Under the pieces are notes generated by a model that was given only the letters and a program-made list of their open reading frames with translations, had not been told where the DNA came from and made no database searches. From Camelus ferus (taxonomy: Eukaryota): a stretch of DNA of 64,000 nucleotides. This document shows, in pieces, positions 1-12,500 of the stretch; the first letter of the stretch is position 1, and every line of letters starts with the position of its first letter. The DNA lies in the NCBI RefSeq assembly GCF_009834535.1, contig NC_045697.1:49354001-49418000 (forward strand), written 5' to 3'. The position numbers and the translations under genes are program-made.

Positions 1-394
1 AAAGATATGGGGGGGGGGAGAATTTAAAAAATGGAAAGAACTAATGAAAATATGAAAAGAACTAAAATTTCTTCCGATACTGGTTCCCTGTTAAGTTTGG
101 ATACAGTCATTTTGTCAAATGGTGTAATTTTCTTGTTAAAAAGAAAAGCATGAGCTCCCTCCAGTGGCAAATCTAAAAATTTTTTTAATTAGAAAAAGGC
201 TGACACATGCCTGGCTTTTCTGAACATAGTCACTATCACTGGTTTCTAATGAGAGACACAATATTTAGAATTCACGTGTTAGTCACTCACTGATTTTAAG
301 GCAAATTTTGTGTGTGGATATCTAAGATATTTTAAGTTCTTACTTTAATAAAGCACACAATTGAACAATTGGAAGACTAGAAATTATCTATGCA

Positions 395-1135
395 CTCCTT
401 CAGCACATATTAACTGATTACCTACTATGTGCCATGCATTGCTCCAAGTGTGAGGATAGAGCAGTGAACAAAGCAAGGTCCTTATTAAACTCATATTCTG
501 ATGCAGAAAGGCAGGCAATAAACAGTTAAACTATTGAATACATATTATGCCAGAGGCTTCTAGGGGCTATGGAGAAAAATAAAGCAGGAGAAAGGAGTGT
601 GGGGTGGGAGGTAGGCTGGGAGATCAGGGGAAGACTTCCTAATAAGATGTCACTTGAGCAGAGAAACGAAGAAAGTGAGGGAGCAAGACATGTGTTTGGG
701 TCAGAGGAAATAAAGTGTGAAGGTCCTGAAGCTTGACATGCTGACAGCTAACAGGCAGCTAACAGGCCATTTTTCCTGGGCAGAGTGAGTAAAGGGGAAC
801 GTAATGGGAGAGGAGCCCAGAGAGGTAACGTGGGGTCTTCTATATCCCTGAAGGGCTTTCGCTTCAAATCTGAGTGAGAAAGGGAGCTGGAGGAGTGACC
901 TGTTCCATTTAAAGACCCCTCTGACCACTACTACAAGAATATACACAATAGTGGGGCAAGAGAAACTATTTAAAGGCTAATTACCAACTATATTTCTAGA
1001 AGGAGGGAGAGGCCAAGTGTATTGAATGCTGCAGGTAAGATAAAGAGTGGAAACTGACCGTTGGACTTAGCAAACCTCAAGGTGATTGATGATCTTGATA
1101 AGAATAGTTTCAATGGAATGGTGGAAGCAAAAAAC
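395..1135 (-). mobile_element. L2 LINE fragment
   Basis: Typical L2 3' end in reverse (cacatattaactgattacctactatgtgccatgcattg) followed by purine-rich L2 body; boundaries approximate. Confidence 0.65.
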
Positions 1136-2484
1136 TAATAGGCATTTCTTAGAATGTTAAATGTACATATGTTTAATGTATGTTAGCCAGATCAACATCA
1201 AGAAAACTCCATATTCATTTCCGTATTTAGTCTTGAATTGGCAAAAGAGTTTTCCATCTTTGTCTGAGCCCACTGTGATTTTTAACCTAAAATGAATCGT
1301 TCTAGAAAAGAAAATATCCTTTATACCTTTGCAAAAGAGACCCTGTTAAAATTATAAAATAGATCATAATACCTGGATTCAGATGGCTTAAAATTTTCTT
1401 CATTAAAGGGGCCTAGATTACAGGGCTATTTTAAATTTTGTTTGTATAAGCAGCACACTGTTTGGACTTATATCTTTATTTGCCATGTCTTTTGGGTGGG
1501 GAAAAGAAGTAAAATAGTTCAGACAGCAGCTTGAGCACCAGTCTTGAGCCATTAAGTCTCTATTACAAGCACCTTAATAGGAAGGAGGAAGATGGAAAAG
1601 GGCAAAAGGGTGCACCACTTAGCAGAATTAGCCCTTCAAAAGTCCCAAACAATATAGTGCTTCTGCATCTATCTGCAGAAATTTCTTTCCCTCCTCCAGA
1701 AAAACTCTTCATCTTTCAGAATTTCAATCAAATAGTACCACAACTGTGAAACATTCTGATTCCTCTGGGCTAGGCTATCCTCTCTATTGCTTCCGTGGCT
1801 CTATGTTAAGAACACGTTTATTCATTTTAAGAGTGTTTGTCTATTTCTCTCCCTTATTAGTCTGTGAGTTTCCTAAGGGCAAATACCCATAGCTTATTAT
1901 TTTTGTACTCAAAACGCTTACCGTAGGGCCTGACATACAGATTGTGAATAAAAGCTTGTGACATGGCCTGAGTGTTTCATTCATAAGTCACATTTAGTGA
2001 CTTAAGATAAATATTCCTAGTGCGTAAGTTTATGCTTTTGATAGGAATTATTTTAAATAATTTCAATATATTTTGTTTTGAGAAAGCATTTTTCCCTTCA
2101 CTAATCCAACCAGCCAAAAATGTTTTTAATTTAAATCTGTGAATGGGTTTTTTTAAAACAGATTTACTGATTACATTTACCTCTTAATAATGTCACAAGT
2201 ACCTGATCCAATGATTAATAAATAGAATAGTCATTTTCCAAATGTGACTGAATAACTAATCGTGGTTTGAACAGCGTTCTTGATTTTGTTTGTGCCTAGA
2301 TGTGACTACAGAGTTGTCTTGTTTTGGTTCATTCCAACATGGCTACAGATGAACTGGACTGAAGTTGGTGTTCTGTGAAATTGCTCGTGTCAAGCAGGGG
2401 AATACCACTGTCCGTCTACCGATGCCAGACAAGCTTACCAGCTGACAACTATCTGGCTACTTATCCCTTTCTCATCTAGTTACA

Positions 2485-2670
2485 GTCAAGACTGCCTAGA
2501 CTGAAATACCAGCTTCCTCACCTGCTGTGAACTTAGGCAGTCAACTTGTCTGAGCCTGTTTCCTCATCTGCGAAGTACAGATAATTTCTATTTTAGAGGA
2601 CTGTTCTCAGGATTGAATACAAGTGAAGTGCTTGAAACAGTGCCTGACACAGGGTGAGTGATTAAATGTC
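2485..2670 (+). mobile_element. MIR SINE
   Basis: MIR core tctgagcctgtttcctcatctgcgaag ... gtgcttgaaacagtgcctgacaca. Confidence 0.75.
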
Positions 2671-3199
2671 TTTCTATATTAACGACACCCTATTTCATTA
2701 GTTCATTCACCACATACTTATTTTTGCACACTGTGAAATTGTGGAAATGTATTTTCACCAGGATCCGAACTTAAAACTCTGGATGAAGAGTACTGACAAA
2801 GATTGTAACAGTAGTTGGCTTTTAAATACAAATTTATTTGCAATTTAAGCCAATCAACATGACCACATTTTATCCAGTTTGCACCCTTTTCCCTTATCTG
2901 GGTCACGCTGGATTGAAACACTTAAAAACAAAACAGAAACAAGTATTTAAAATTACACAGGAAAACTAATTTACACTCGTCATTGATCTCTTTTCCCCTC
3001 TCTAAAATGGGATAGTGCTATCTACTTGGCACGGGTATTTTTAGCTTCTAACTGTGGGATTTAAAAAATAAATAGATAAAATAACTATTAGTTCTCATTT
3101 ATCCGTTTCATAGGAGTGTCGGGTTGAAAAACTAATGTGTGTGAAAAAAAGTTTTTGCAGTTCAGATTATTTCAGAAACGCTAGGCAGTAGCATTGTTT

Positions 3200-3460
3200 A
3201 GCCGCGGGGGGGAGGGGGGCGGAGGGGGAATTTGGTTTAAAGAGTTCCAGAACATTTCGGCAGTGAGAGTAAGTTTGACACTTTGAGGCTCCCGTAGTCA
3301 AGCTCGCTTTACGAACTAAGATGGCGCCGCCCGCCGAGTTACCCATGCGTAGTTTCCGGCCATACTCGGAAGCACGATTCCACGCTGAGACGGCTGGGGG
3401 TTGCCAGCGGTGTGGGTTTTCTTAAAACTGCTCGCCGTGGAGCCAGTTTGCAGCCAACAT
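3200..3460 (+). promoter_or_regulatory. SDAD1: SDAD1 TATA-less CpG-rich promoter
   Basis: GC box GGGGCGGAG 3216-3224, YY1 motif AAGATGGCG 3318-3326, ETS/GABP cores TTCCGG 3354-3359 and CGGAAG 3367-3372. CpG enrichment continues into intron 1. Confidence 0.8.
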
Positions 3461-3548
3461 GTCTAGCAGAAACAATAACAAGCTTCCCAGCAACCTGCCG
3501 CAGTTACAGAATCTGATCAAGCGGGACCCGCCGGCCTACATCGAGGAG
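3459..3548 (+). CDS. SDAD1: SDAD1 coding exon 1
   Basis: aac[33 protein letters not shown]|gtggga. Confidence 0.95.
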
Positions 3549-6500
3549 GTGGGAATGCGGCGCGGAAACTCTATAGAGGCTGGGGCGCGGCAGGTTGAGA
3601 CACTGGCTGGAGGGAGGCGTGGAGTGGAGCTGGGATCCTGGCTTGCCGCGTGTTCAACTGTTAGGTTTAGGGGTTCCTCGAGAGGAGAAAAGGGATTAAG
3701 GAAGAGGCATGCTTCAGAGTTCGTTCCCCACCTCTTGGAAATCTGCCCCTTTGGATTTTCTAGCTGCTCTGTAGACCCCGCTGCCATGGAAACATCCTTT
3801 AGAAGATCTCATTTTGCTTTGGAGTTTATCTCCCGACCTCATAGAGGCAGAGAAACAGATGGCCTGCCCCCACTCTCCAACTTCCAGACAAGTTTCTCAG
3901 CCTTTTCTGAAACCCCTAAGTTATTGAACTAGTCGGTAACACTTAATGAATCTTATGTTAGAATTCCTCTCAACCGACGGGGTGAGGATCTTGCCGGGAG
4001 CACACTGAGTTATGGGGCTCTCTCTTCACTTATTGACGGTATTGTGGAGCCAAGAGAGGTAGGGTGTTGCCTGAAACATGTTGGGGCTCCAGGTCTCTCT
4101 CTTGACTCCTACTCCTGGAGAAAGCGGTAGGCCTAGCAGTTTTGTTGAGAAAATCAAGGGTTATATTTGACCAGGCTAACTTTAAGATGTCTTTAGACAC
4201 CTAAATAGACATGTCAGACAGGCAATTGAATATATGAATTTGGAGTTCAGTGAACCAATTAGGTCTGGTAACATAAAGAATTACTCATTCTCACAGTGAG
4301 GGTCTGTCTGTTTCTCTCTCTCTGTCACACGCACACACACAGAGTTTAAAACTGGGCTAGGCGTGGAGAGTACATGTGGGGCATAGAACTGAGGCCTGGT
4401 GAGTTCCAACATTAAATTGCTGGATTGTTGTTAGGATTAAACATAATTAAATGAGATAATGTACATGATGGGTTTGACACATAGCAAGTGCTGATAAGTG
4501 GAAGCTATTATTATTTCTGTATGTCTGTTGCTTTTGGCTGTTAACACATCTGGAGCTCCAGAATAAAATATTTACTTATTAAAAAGAACAGGGGAATTTT
4601 GACTGGAGAGCTTTGTGTACTTGAGATATAACTTACATTTTCTAACCCAGTATTTTTCTGCAGCTGTGGGTGCTCTAGATACATAGACAATGTAAGAGGG
4701 GTCATTTAGATAGTAAATGGCAGAATAGGGCCAGATCTGAGTTTTTGACTCTTGTTTCTCTATTCTTTGTATGATACTACCTAAATTTCTAAGTGAAAGG
4801 GTCTGTAGATTACCCATGATGTACTCATACTTTTCAAAATTCGTTTTGAAGAACACAGGTAAGGGAAACTATTTCTACATGACTTTGCCACCGTTTTTTC
4901 TCTGCGCCACTATCAAAAGCTTCTGAGTAATTTTTCATTCTGTGCTGAGAAAGCCATATAATAGAAGGTAATCAATTTAAATTTTATTTTTCTACAGTTT
5001 CTACAGCAGTATAATCACTACAGATCCAATGTGGAGATTTTCAAACTACAACCAAACAAACCCAGTAAAGAACTGGCAGAGCTGGTGATGTTTATGGCAC
5101 AGGTAAGAAAAATAATCTTTGAGTAGAACAAAGAGCAGTTGTTACACACAGCTTGCAGAATATTTTCCCACTTATTCCCAACCTCATTCCATTTGGGAGT
5201 GGAAGCTTAATTTAAAAAAAAAAAAAGTAACTTTCCCTTTTTGCAAATTTTATTTTTTCCTTATGTTGAGTTAGAGGATGTCACTAGAGCTTTTCACAGA
5301 GCCAACCAGAACAAAGCTTTCAAGCTATTTGTTTTCTTCAAATTCATCCTAAAAGCAGATTCTAAATCATGTCACACATAATTTGCTAAGACTAGTGGAA
5401 ATATGAAAGGGGCCAGAGAAATTAGCATGTAAAAGAGAAAGATGATTTGGAACCATCTACTTCTTTGAAACAGCCTTTTACTCTCCTTTTGCAGAACATC
5501 CTAAATATGTGCATATGAATTATAGGAGAGAAAGAAAAACTTCAGAAGAGCCTTTGCTTTGTTACAGATTGGTCACTGTTATCCAGAACATTTAAGCAAC
5601 TTTCCTCAAGAGCTGAAAGATCTTCTCTCCTACAACCACACTGTCTTGGATCCAGATCTTCGAATGGTAGGACCAATACTTGGATTGATAAATTACTCTG
5701 TGTTCATGTAGTATGTGTTTACATGAGAACAGTCTCTTGGCTAAATATCTTTTTAAAAAAATAAATCAGAATGTGTCACCCCTTCCTTAAAATCCTTCTG
5801 TGGCTTCTTCTTTACACTTAGAATAAAAGTCAGACTTGTTAACTTGGCATGTAAGTCCCTACATGATCTTCTTCCTGCCTGTGTTTTTAACCTTATCTCC
5901 TTTTCTGCTCCACTCCTCTCTCTCATCTCTCTATTCTGCAGGCATGCTCACCCTGCCAGGATGCGCCTTTCCCTCTTTACAATAGGTGATTCCTTGTCAT
6001 CCTTCAGATCTCACATGCATGAAGAACCCTAATTACAAGTTACAGGTTTTATAATGTTTAATTTATACACTTATCCATTAAGTAGCCAGTTTGAGCATTT
6101 AAACAGTTACCATAGTGGTTGATACTGGGTCCTGGCCAGTGCTTGCATTTCTCCTACTTGCGGGGGATGTTGGCTGCTAACGGCCCCCAGCTGCCCTTTC
6201 TCTGAAGCACCATGTTCAGCTAAATGGGAGCCCTAGCACCTGGGAAGTGGCCCTCCTGCCCATACGTGGTATCTGACTGACCAAGAGTTTCAAAAGCCCA
6301 GCCCCTTCTCCCAGGGTGGGTCCAACTTTGTGTTGCAGTTTATTCCCCAGGGCTTCTCTGTGATCAGACTAAAGCTAGTCTCCAGCCAAGGATGCATCGA
6401 TGCTCAGCTTTTCTCTTCCCTATCCTGCTTCCTTCACTTCCCTTTGAGAAGAGGACGCACCCTGAACAAACCACTGTAATGAAATGGGCTCTGCTTCTAG

Positions 6501-9500
6501 TGCACCCAACCTAAGGCATTTTCAAATTTTCATACATTAGCTTTTCAAACACCTTTACAGCTGGTAGAACTACACAAATATTAAGAACACAAAACATACT
6601 AATATCCTACACCAAAACTTGTAAAAATGCTGAGTATATAGATTCAACTTTGTTTCTTATTCTTATATTTTCCCAGGCTTTCTGTAATTCTTCTACTTTT
6701 GTACTTCTCTAGGATTTTATTAATTTGATTAGGCCCAAAAGAAAAAGAATACCATCTCATAAGAGCCGAGGTTGGAGTCTCTGATTGACTCAGTTGGGAC
6801 ACAGGACCTGGCAGCACAGCCTAAGAGACTTCAAACTTGAACTGTTACAGAAGAATTTCACTTATGACATGGAAATTTTCCAGTCTTTGGGGATCATATG
6901 GACTTGAGATTTTTAGTGTAGAGACTTAGTGTCTTTCCAAGTAATAATTAGGTTTGTTTTTTTTTTTAAGTTTTGTGTGCTAAGAGTACCCAACCAAATT
7001 ATAATCTGCTGGCATTATTAAATAAATATGTATATATTTCTTTGTAGTGTTTTATGATGATTAGTAGGTTTTTAAAAATACTTAAATTGCTAGGAAACAA
7101 GGGATTGAGTCTGTGTCATTAGCATTCCTCTTTAGAGGAATCATTTAGAACACAGTGGTGGATCCACTTTTTAATTAGCTATTGTGATAACCACCAATCC
7201 TTATCAACTGCTGGACTTTCTTTCTTCCTAGCATATTTGCTATTTTTCCAGGACTTGTTGAATCATTCCCAAATTTTGTTCACTCTTTCTTGCTTACGTA
7301 GATATACACAGGCTATATTTCTCCAGAAGAAACAAAATGCCCAATTATGTTAACATTTACTTAACAAAGTCAATAACATGAAATTTTCTTACTTCTCTTT
7401 CTTTGATGTAACTACCTTTTTATGCACTTTTTATCCATTTCTTTTTTAAGCATTACTATTTTTATTTTTATGTTTTATGTGCAAATTGTCACTACTTGGC
7501 CAGTCCTTTTAGCAAGGCCCCTGTTGTGTTTGAAAGCAACCTCGCATCTTGAAAGCATCCTTGCATCCTGGCAGAAGTAGTTCCAAATCCTTTCTCACTT
7601 TCTGCCCCAAGAGTTGAAATCAACTATTCTCCAAGGATTACTTGTTCCATCTAATAGAGAATACTATTAGAGGTCAACATTTTGGGGGCTAAGGGTACTT
7701 AGGAAAATTAATGGTAAGCAAGAGCGCTCTGGCTGCTGTTGGGCCATTCTTACTACCAACAGTACTTCAGAAGAATGCCTTGTGAGGTCACCGATTCAGA
7801 TTGATTATTCCAAATTAGTGTGTTATATTATTGTTACCCACCTTTCTTATCTCTGTGGATTCATTGATCACTAGAATTTTATCATATGTTGACCCTTCCT
7901 TGACCTCCCTGTGTAAAGGAGCCCTCCCTCAGTCACCAGGTATCAATTATGTTACCTAGTGACAGATTTGAATGTGAGACATATGCTTACCTGCTTGTCT
8001 GTCCCCTTGTTTGCTCCACCCCCGTGTAAGGTCCATGAGGGCAAAGGCTGTTCTGTTCCAGTGCCTAGAGTAGTGCCTCATCAGTGGAAGTGATTAAGCA
8101 CTTCCAGGATATACTTGCTCCATTTTCTCATCTTACCTTTATTATTATCTTATGGTATGTTTTCTTTTCCTTCCTGAGACATTTTGCAAAGCTTTGATTT
8201 TGCTGAGAAATAAGAATCTCATCGATCCATCAAGTTTGCTGGAACTCTTCTTTGAACTTCTGCGTTGTCACGATAAGCTTCTGCGAAAGGTAAAAAACAA
8301 AATTGCTTTTTTTCCTCCCCTGTATCTCAGTCTTCCTTGCAGTGACATAAAACTTGTAGAGTTTGGAGTCTCTTAACTTCTTGTTGCTTCATATTATTGG
8401 ATACATAGAAATAGGAAAAAAATTGACCATTATGTGCATGCAGTATGGTGGCAATAGCTAACATTTATTGAGTGCTTACTTTTTGCCAGGTTACCATTCT
8501 CAGAGCATTTTATGGATTTATTTGTTTACCCACAAAGCGCTGTGAGGTAGGGTTTATTATTATTATTTTGTAGATGAAAAGGCTGGGGCACAGAGAGAAT
8601 AATGTGCCCAGGATCGCTCAGCTTCTGAGTGGTGAGGCAGGAACATATGCCCAGGAAGCCTGGCTGCCCTTTTCCACTGCATGTACTGACTAGCTAAAGC
8701 TAAATCAGAGCATGGCTATAATCACTCCCATTGTCTCCCTCCAAAAACTGACTTTTTTTGTTATAATATTTCCCTATGACTGTGTTTGCTTATATAGATA
8801 AGACCAGAAGCTAAAGGTTTATGAAAGAAATTTAAGAAAGAGAAACTTAAGTATACATTCATTAACTTAATTTTTTTCCCCAAAGTATTAAGAGACTATA
8901 ACTATTTGATTTTAGCAGTTGTACTTCTTGGTCTGACTTGTGGAATAAAAGTGATCCAGAGGAGCATATTCTGGGTACAGTGATATTTGTATAAATTCCA
9001 GTATTGTCTCGCCTGCAGTTAGGGGCTTGGTAAATGGAGCGACTTTCTTTCTTTCTTCTTTTTTTTTTTTTTTAAGTTTTATTGAGTTATAATTCACATA
9101 TAATTCATCCATTTAAAGTGTACAATTCAGTGGTTTTTAGTATATTCACAGAGTTTTGCAACCATCACCACAGTCAGTTTTCGAACGTTTATAGCACCTT
9201 GAAAAAAACCCCATTCCCATTAGCAGTTAATTTCCATCCTTTCATCTATCCCAGCCCTGGGCCACCACCACTGTACTTTTGATCTCTCTAGATTTGCCTA
9301 CTTGGGATATTTCATGTAAAGGGAATCATATAATATGTGATTTTTTGGTGACTGGCTTCCTTCACGTAGTGTAATGTTTTCACGTTTCATCCATATTGTA
9401 GCACGTGTCAGTACTTCATTACTTTTTGTTGTCAAATAATATTTCATCGTCTGTATATCTTATATCACTAACATGTGGAATCAAAAAGATGATACAAATG

Positions 9501-12500
9501 AACTTATTTACAAAACAGAAATAGACTCACAGACATAGAAAACATTTATGGTTACCACAGGGGAAAGGGGAGAAGAGATAAATTAGGAATTTGGAATTAA
9601 CAGATATACACTACTATATATAAGATAGATAAACAATAATGACCTACTGTATAGCACAGAAACTATATTCAATGTCTTGTAATGACCTATAATGGAAAAG
9701 AATCTGAAAAAAATATATATATGACTATCACTTCACTGTACACCTGAAACATTGTAAATCAACTATACTTCAATAAAAAATAAATTTTTAAAAAATATTT
9801 CATTGGTTATACTACATTTTGTTTATTCATGCATAAGTTAATGGCTTTTGGGGTTTTCATTTTTTGGCTATTATGAGTAATACTGTTACAAATATTTGTA
9901 TGAACATTGGTTAGAAATATATTTTCATTTCTCCTGGGTATATAACTGGGAGTGAAATTGTTGGATCATATGGTAACTCCATGTTTATAACCTTTTGAGG
10001 GTAACTTTCTTTTTGCTTTAGCTGCTTCTTTCTGTTTTACTTGTTTTATTCGTTTTTGGTCTCTTTTGTGATAGAATGAAAAGTGGGTAAAATTAAATCC
10101 TCCTGTACATTTGTACTTTTCGCCAAGTTGAGCAAGGTTAGAAATGTTGGTAAACACGTGTATGTTTCTGTTTCTTTTCCTCAGACTTTATATACTCATA
10201 TTGTGACTGATATCAAGAATATAAATGCAAAACACAAGAACAATAAAGTGAATATAGTAAGTACCCTTTTGTTTTTCATGTTTGCAGCATTGTGCCATCA
10301 ATGTATTAAGTCTTCATTCTCTTTTTTTTCCAGGTGTTACAGAATTTCATGTACACCATGTTAAGAGACAGCAATGCGACTGCAGCCAAGATATCTCTGG
10401 ATGTGATGATTGAGCTCTACAGAAGAAACATCTGGTAATATATATGTACTTGTCTCAAGAAATAGTCCTTTATTCATTTGTAATTACTGCAGAGCACATA
10501 CACAATGATTTTTCTTGATCCTGAGCTCTTTAACATCCCTGTCTGAATTAAGTTGGAAGTAAAAAATACAGAGGCAATCCAAGTGGCTAACAACATTGGC
10601 TACCATTTCTTGAGCACTTGCACTTTGCCTTACCTCGCTCAACCTTCAGAACAGTGTAATGCAGCTATTTGGGATTATTTCCATCTTATAGGTAATGAAA
10701 CCTATAGGTTCATGAGCTTATGTTTAGTAGCCAATAAAAGTCACAGTTGAAATTCAAACCCAGATCTGTCTGACTCTGAAATCTGGGCTCTTCTCTGCTT
10801 TTTTGGAGATTTTCAAGTCAATTTTTTCTATGTATGTAAATTATCATGTTTCATAAAATTTGGTTTGTTGGTACAGTGCTCCCAACTGATGTCTCTTGCT
10901 TTTCTTACTCACTAATTTTTTTAATATAAAAGTAGTATTCTTTGCAACAGAAAATTTGGAGAAAAAGTTTTTTTAGTTATTGATAGTCCTACCACCTAGA
11001 TACATGCACAGTTAATATTTTATATCTCCTCCTGTCTTTTCTTTAAAGTGAATTTTAAAATGTGGTTGGAATTTTGCTATATTGTAGGTTTTCATTTTGG
11101 TTTTTTTTCCAGTTATCTTGAGTAGGTTTGTAGGACATTAAAAATTATTCAAAAGAAATCCATCTTAATGGCTGCATGATTTTCTGATGCAAGACTGGGC
11201 TAAAATTGAACTAAAATGTTCACCTGTGGCTGACTATTTAGCAACCCATGGTTTTTTGAAATATTACGAGCTATGAATTTTAACATGTCAGCAATATTTA
11301 CTATACTGTTTATTTTATGCCATTGTCTATGCTATCAAATACAGTAGAACAAAAATTTACTTTGAAACACTCAACTGTCTTTCCCCAGGAATGATGCCAA
11401 AACTGTCAATGTGATCACAACAGCTTGTTTCTCTAAGGTCACCAAGGTGAGCGCCTGTGGGGCTGGGCGGTGGCGCGGTCTGTGAGTGGTCTGCTTCTCC
11501 CACTAGCAGGTGAAGGAGATGGCTGTGCGAGGAGGAGGTGGTGTGCAGACATACTGTTTGCCTTTAGTCATGCTCTCTGTGCACTCAGACTGCTTCCCTG
11601 GTTTACCTGTGTTTTAGAGGAGTCAAACAAATTATGAGTTTTTAAAAATTCTTTGTATTAAACGATAGCCTTACTGTTTGTTTTTTCCTGTGATTTTTAA
11701 CTATTCTTTTATCAGGTTCAGACACAGCTGAAAGAAATTTAAGAGCATGTTTGACTTTTAGAAGGGCTATAGTACCATTATTCTTGTGAGAGATGTAGAA
11801 GTTCCTTAACTGCCTACTTGAAGAATAACTATGTAGAGCCTGGCTAAGAAAAGTGAGCTCAAATCCCACCACTCTTGTTTTTTTTTTTCTTCCCCTTCAA
11901 TCCTAGTTCATATGCATGTGTAAAATGTAGACAGAAGTATTCTTTGTTGTCAGCTGGGATGAGTAATTGACTTTGTTTGAATCGGCCTTTAGATACTAGT
12001 TGCTGCTTTGACATTCTTTCTTGGGAAAGATGAAGAGGAGAAACAGGACAGTGACTCAGAATCTGAGGTTAGTTTAACCAAAGATACTTCTGAACTTTGC
12101 AGTTTATCAGGTTTTATTTTTGTGTTCTCAGTACAGATTGTAAAAGCCATGACTGTTCAAGTTAGAAAGCAACTTACCTGCTATCTTAGATGCTACCTTT
12201 ATCCTTTATTGAGTTCTGCCATGCTGAGATTTTATTCTACTCAGAATTTATCACGTAAGTTCAGTAAGATTGGTTAGATAACTAATAAAACTTAGATTAA
12301 TTCAGCCTTGTTCCTAGTGCTAAAGCTATACCTGTATCTTACTATATAAACTTACTAATTACTGCTGCCATGTTTTTGTGGTAGAGTGTCAACGTCATGG
12401 AAGTTGAGAGTAGAGGAAGGAAGAAGAGTAGTAAAGCATCTTTAAAAGGAAAAATCAGGATTTATGATGTCATGAAATTTTCTTTATTAAAAATATTTTT

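Noticed and set aside
3549..3932. 157-aa ORF as an independent protein
   Set aside because: It is SDAD1 exon 1 reading into intron 1; homology stops at the donor
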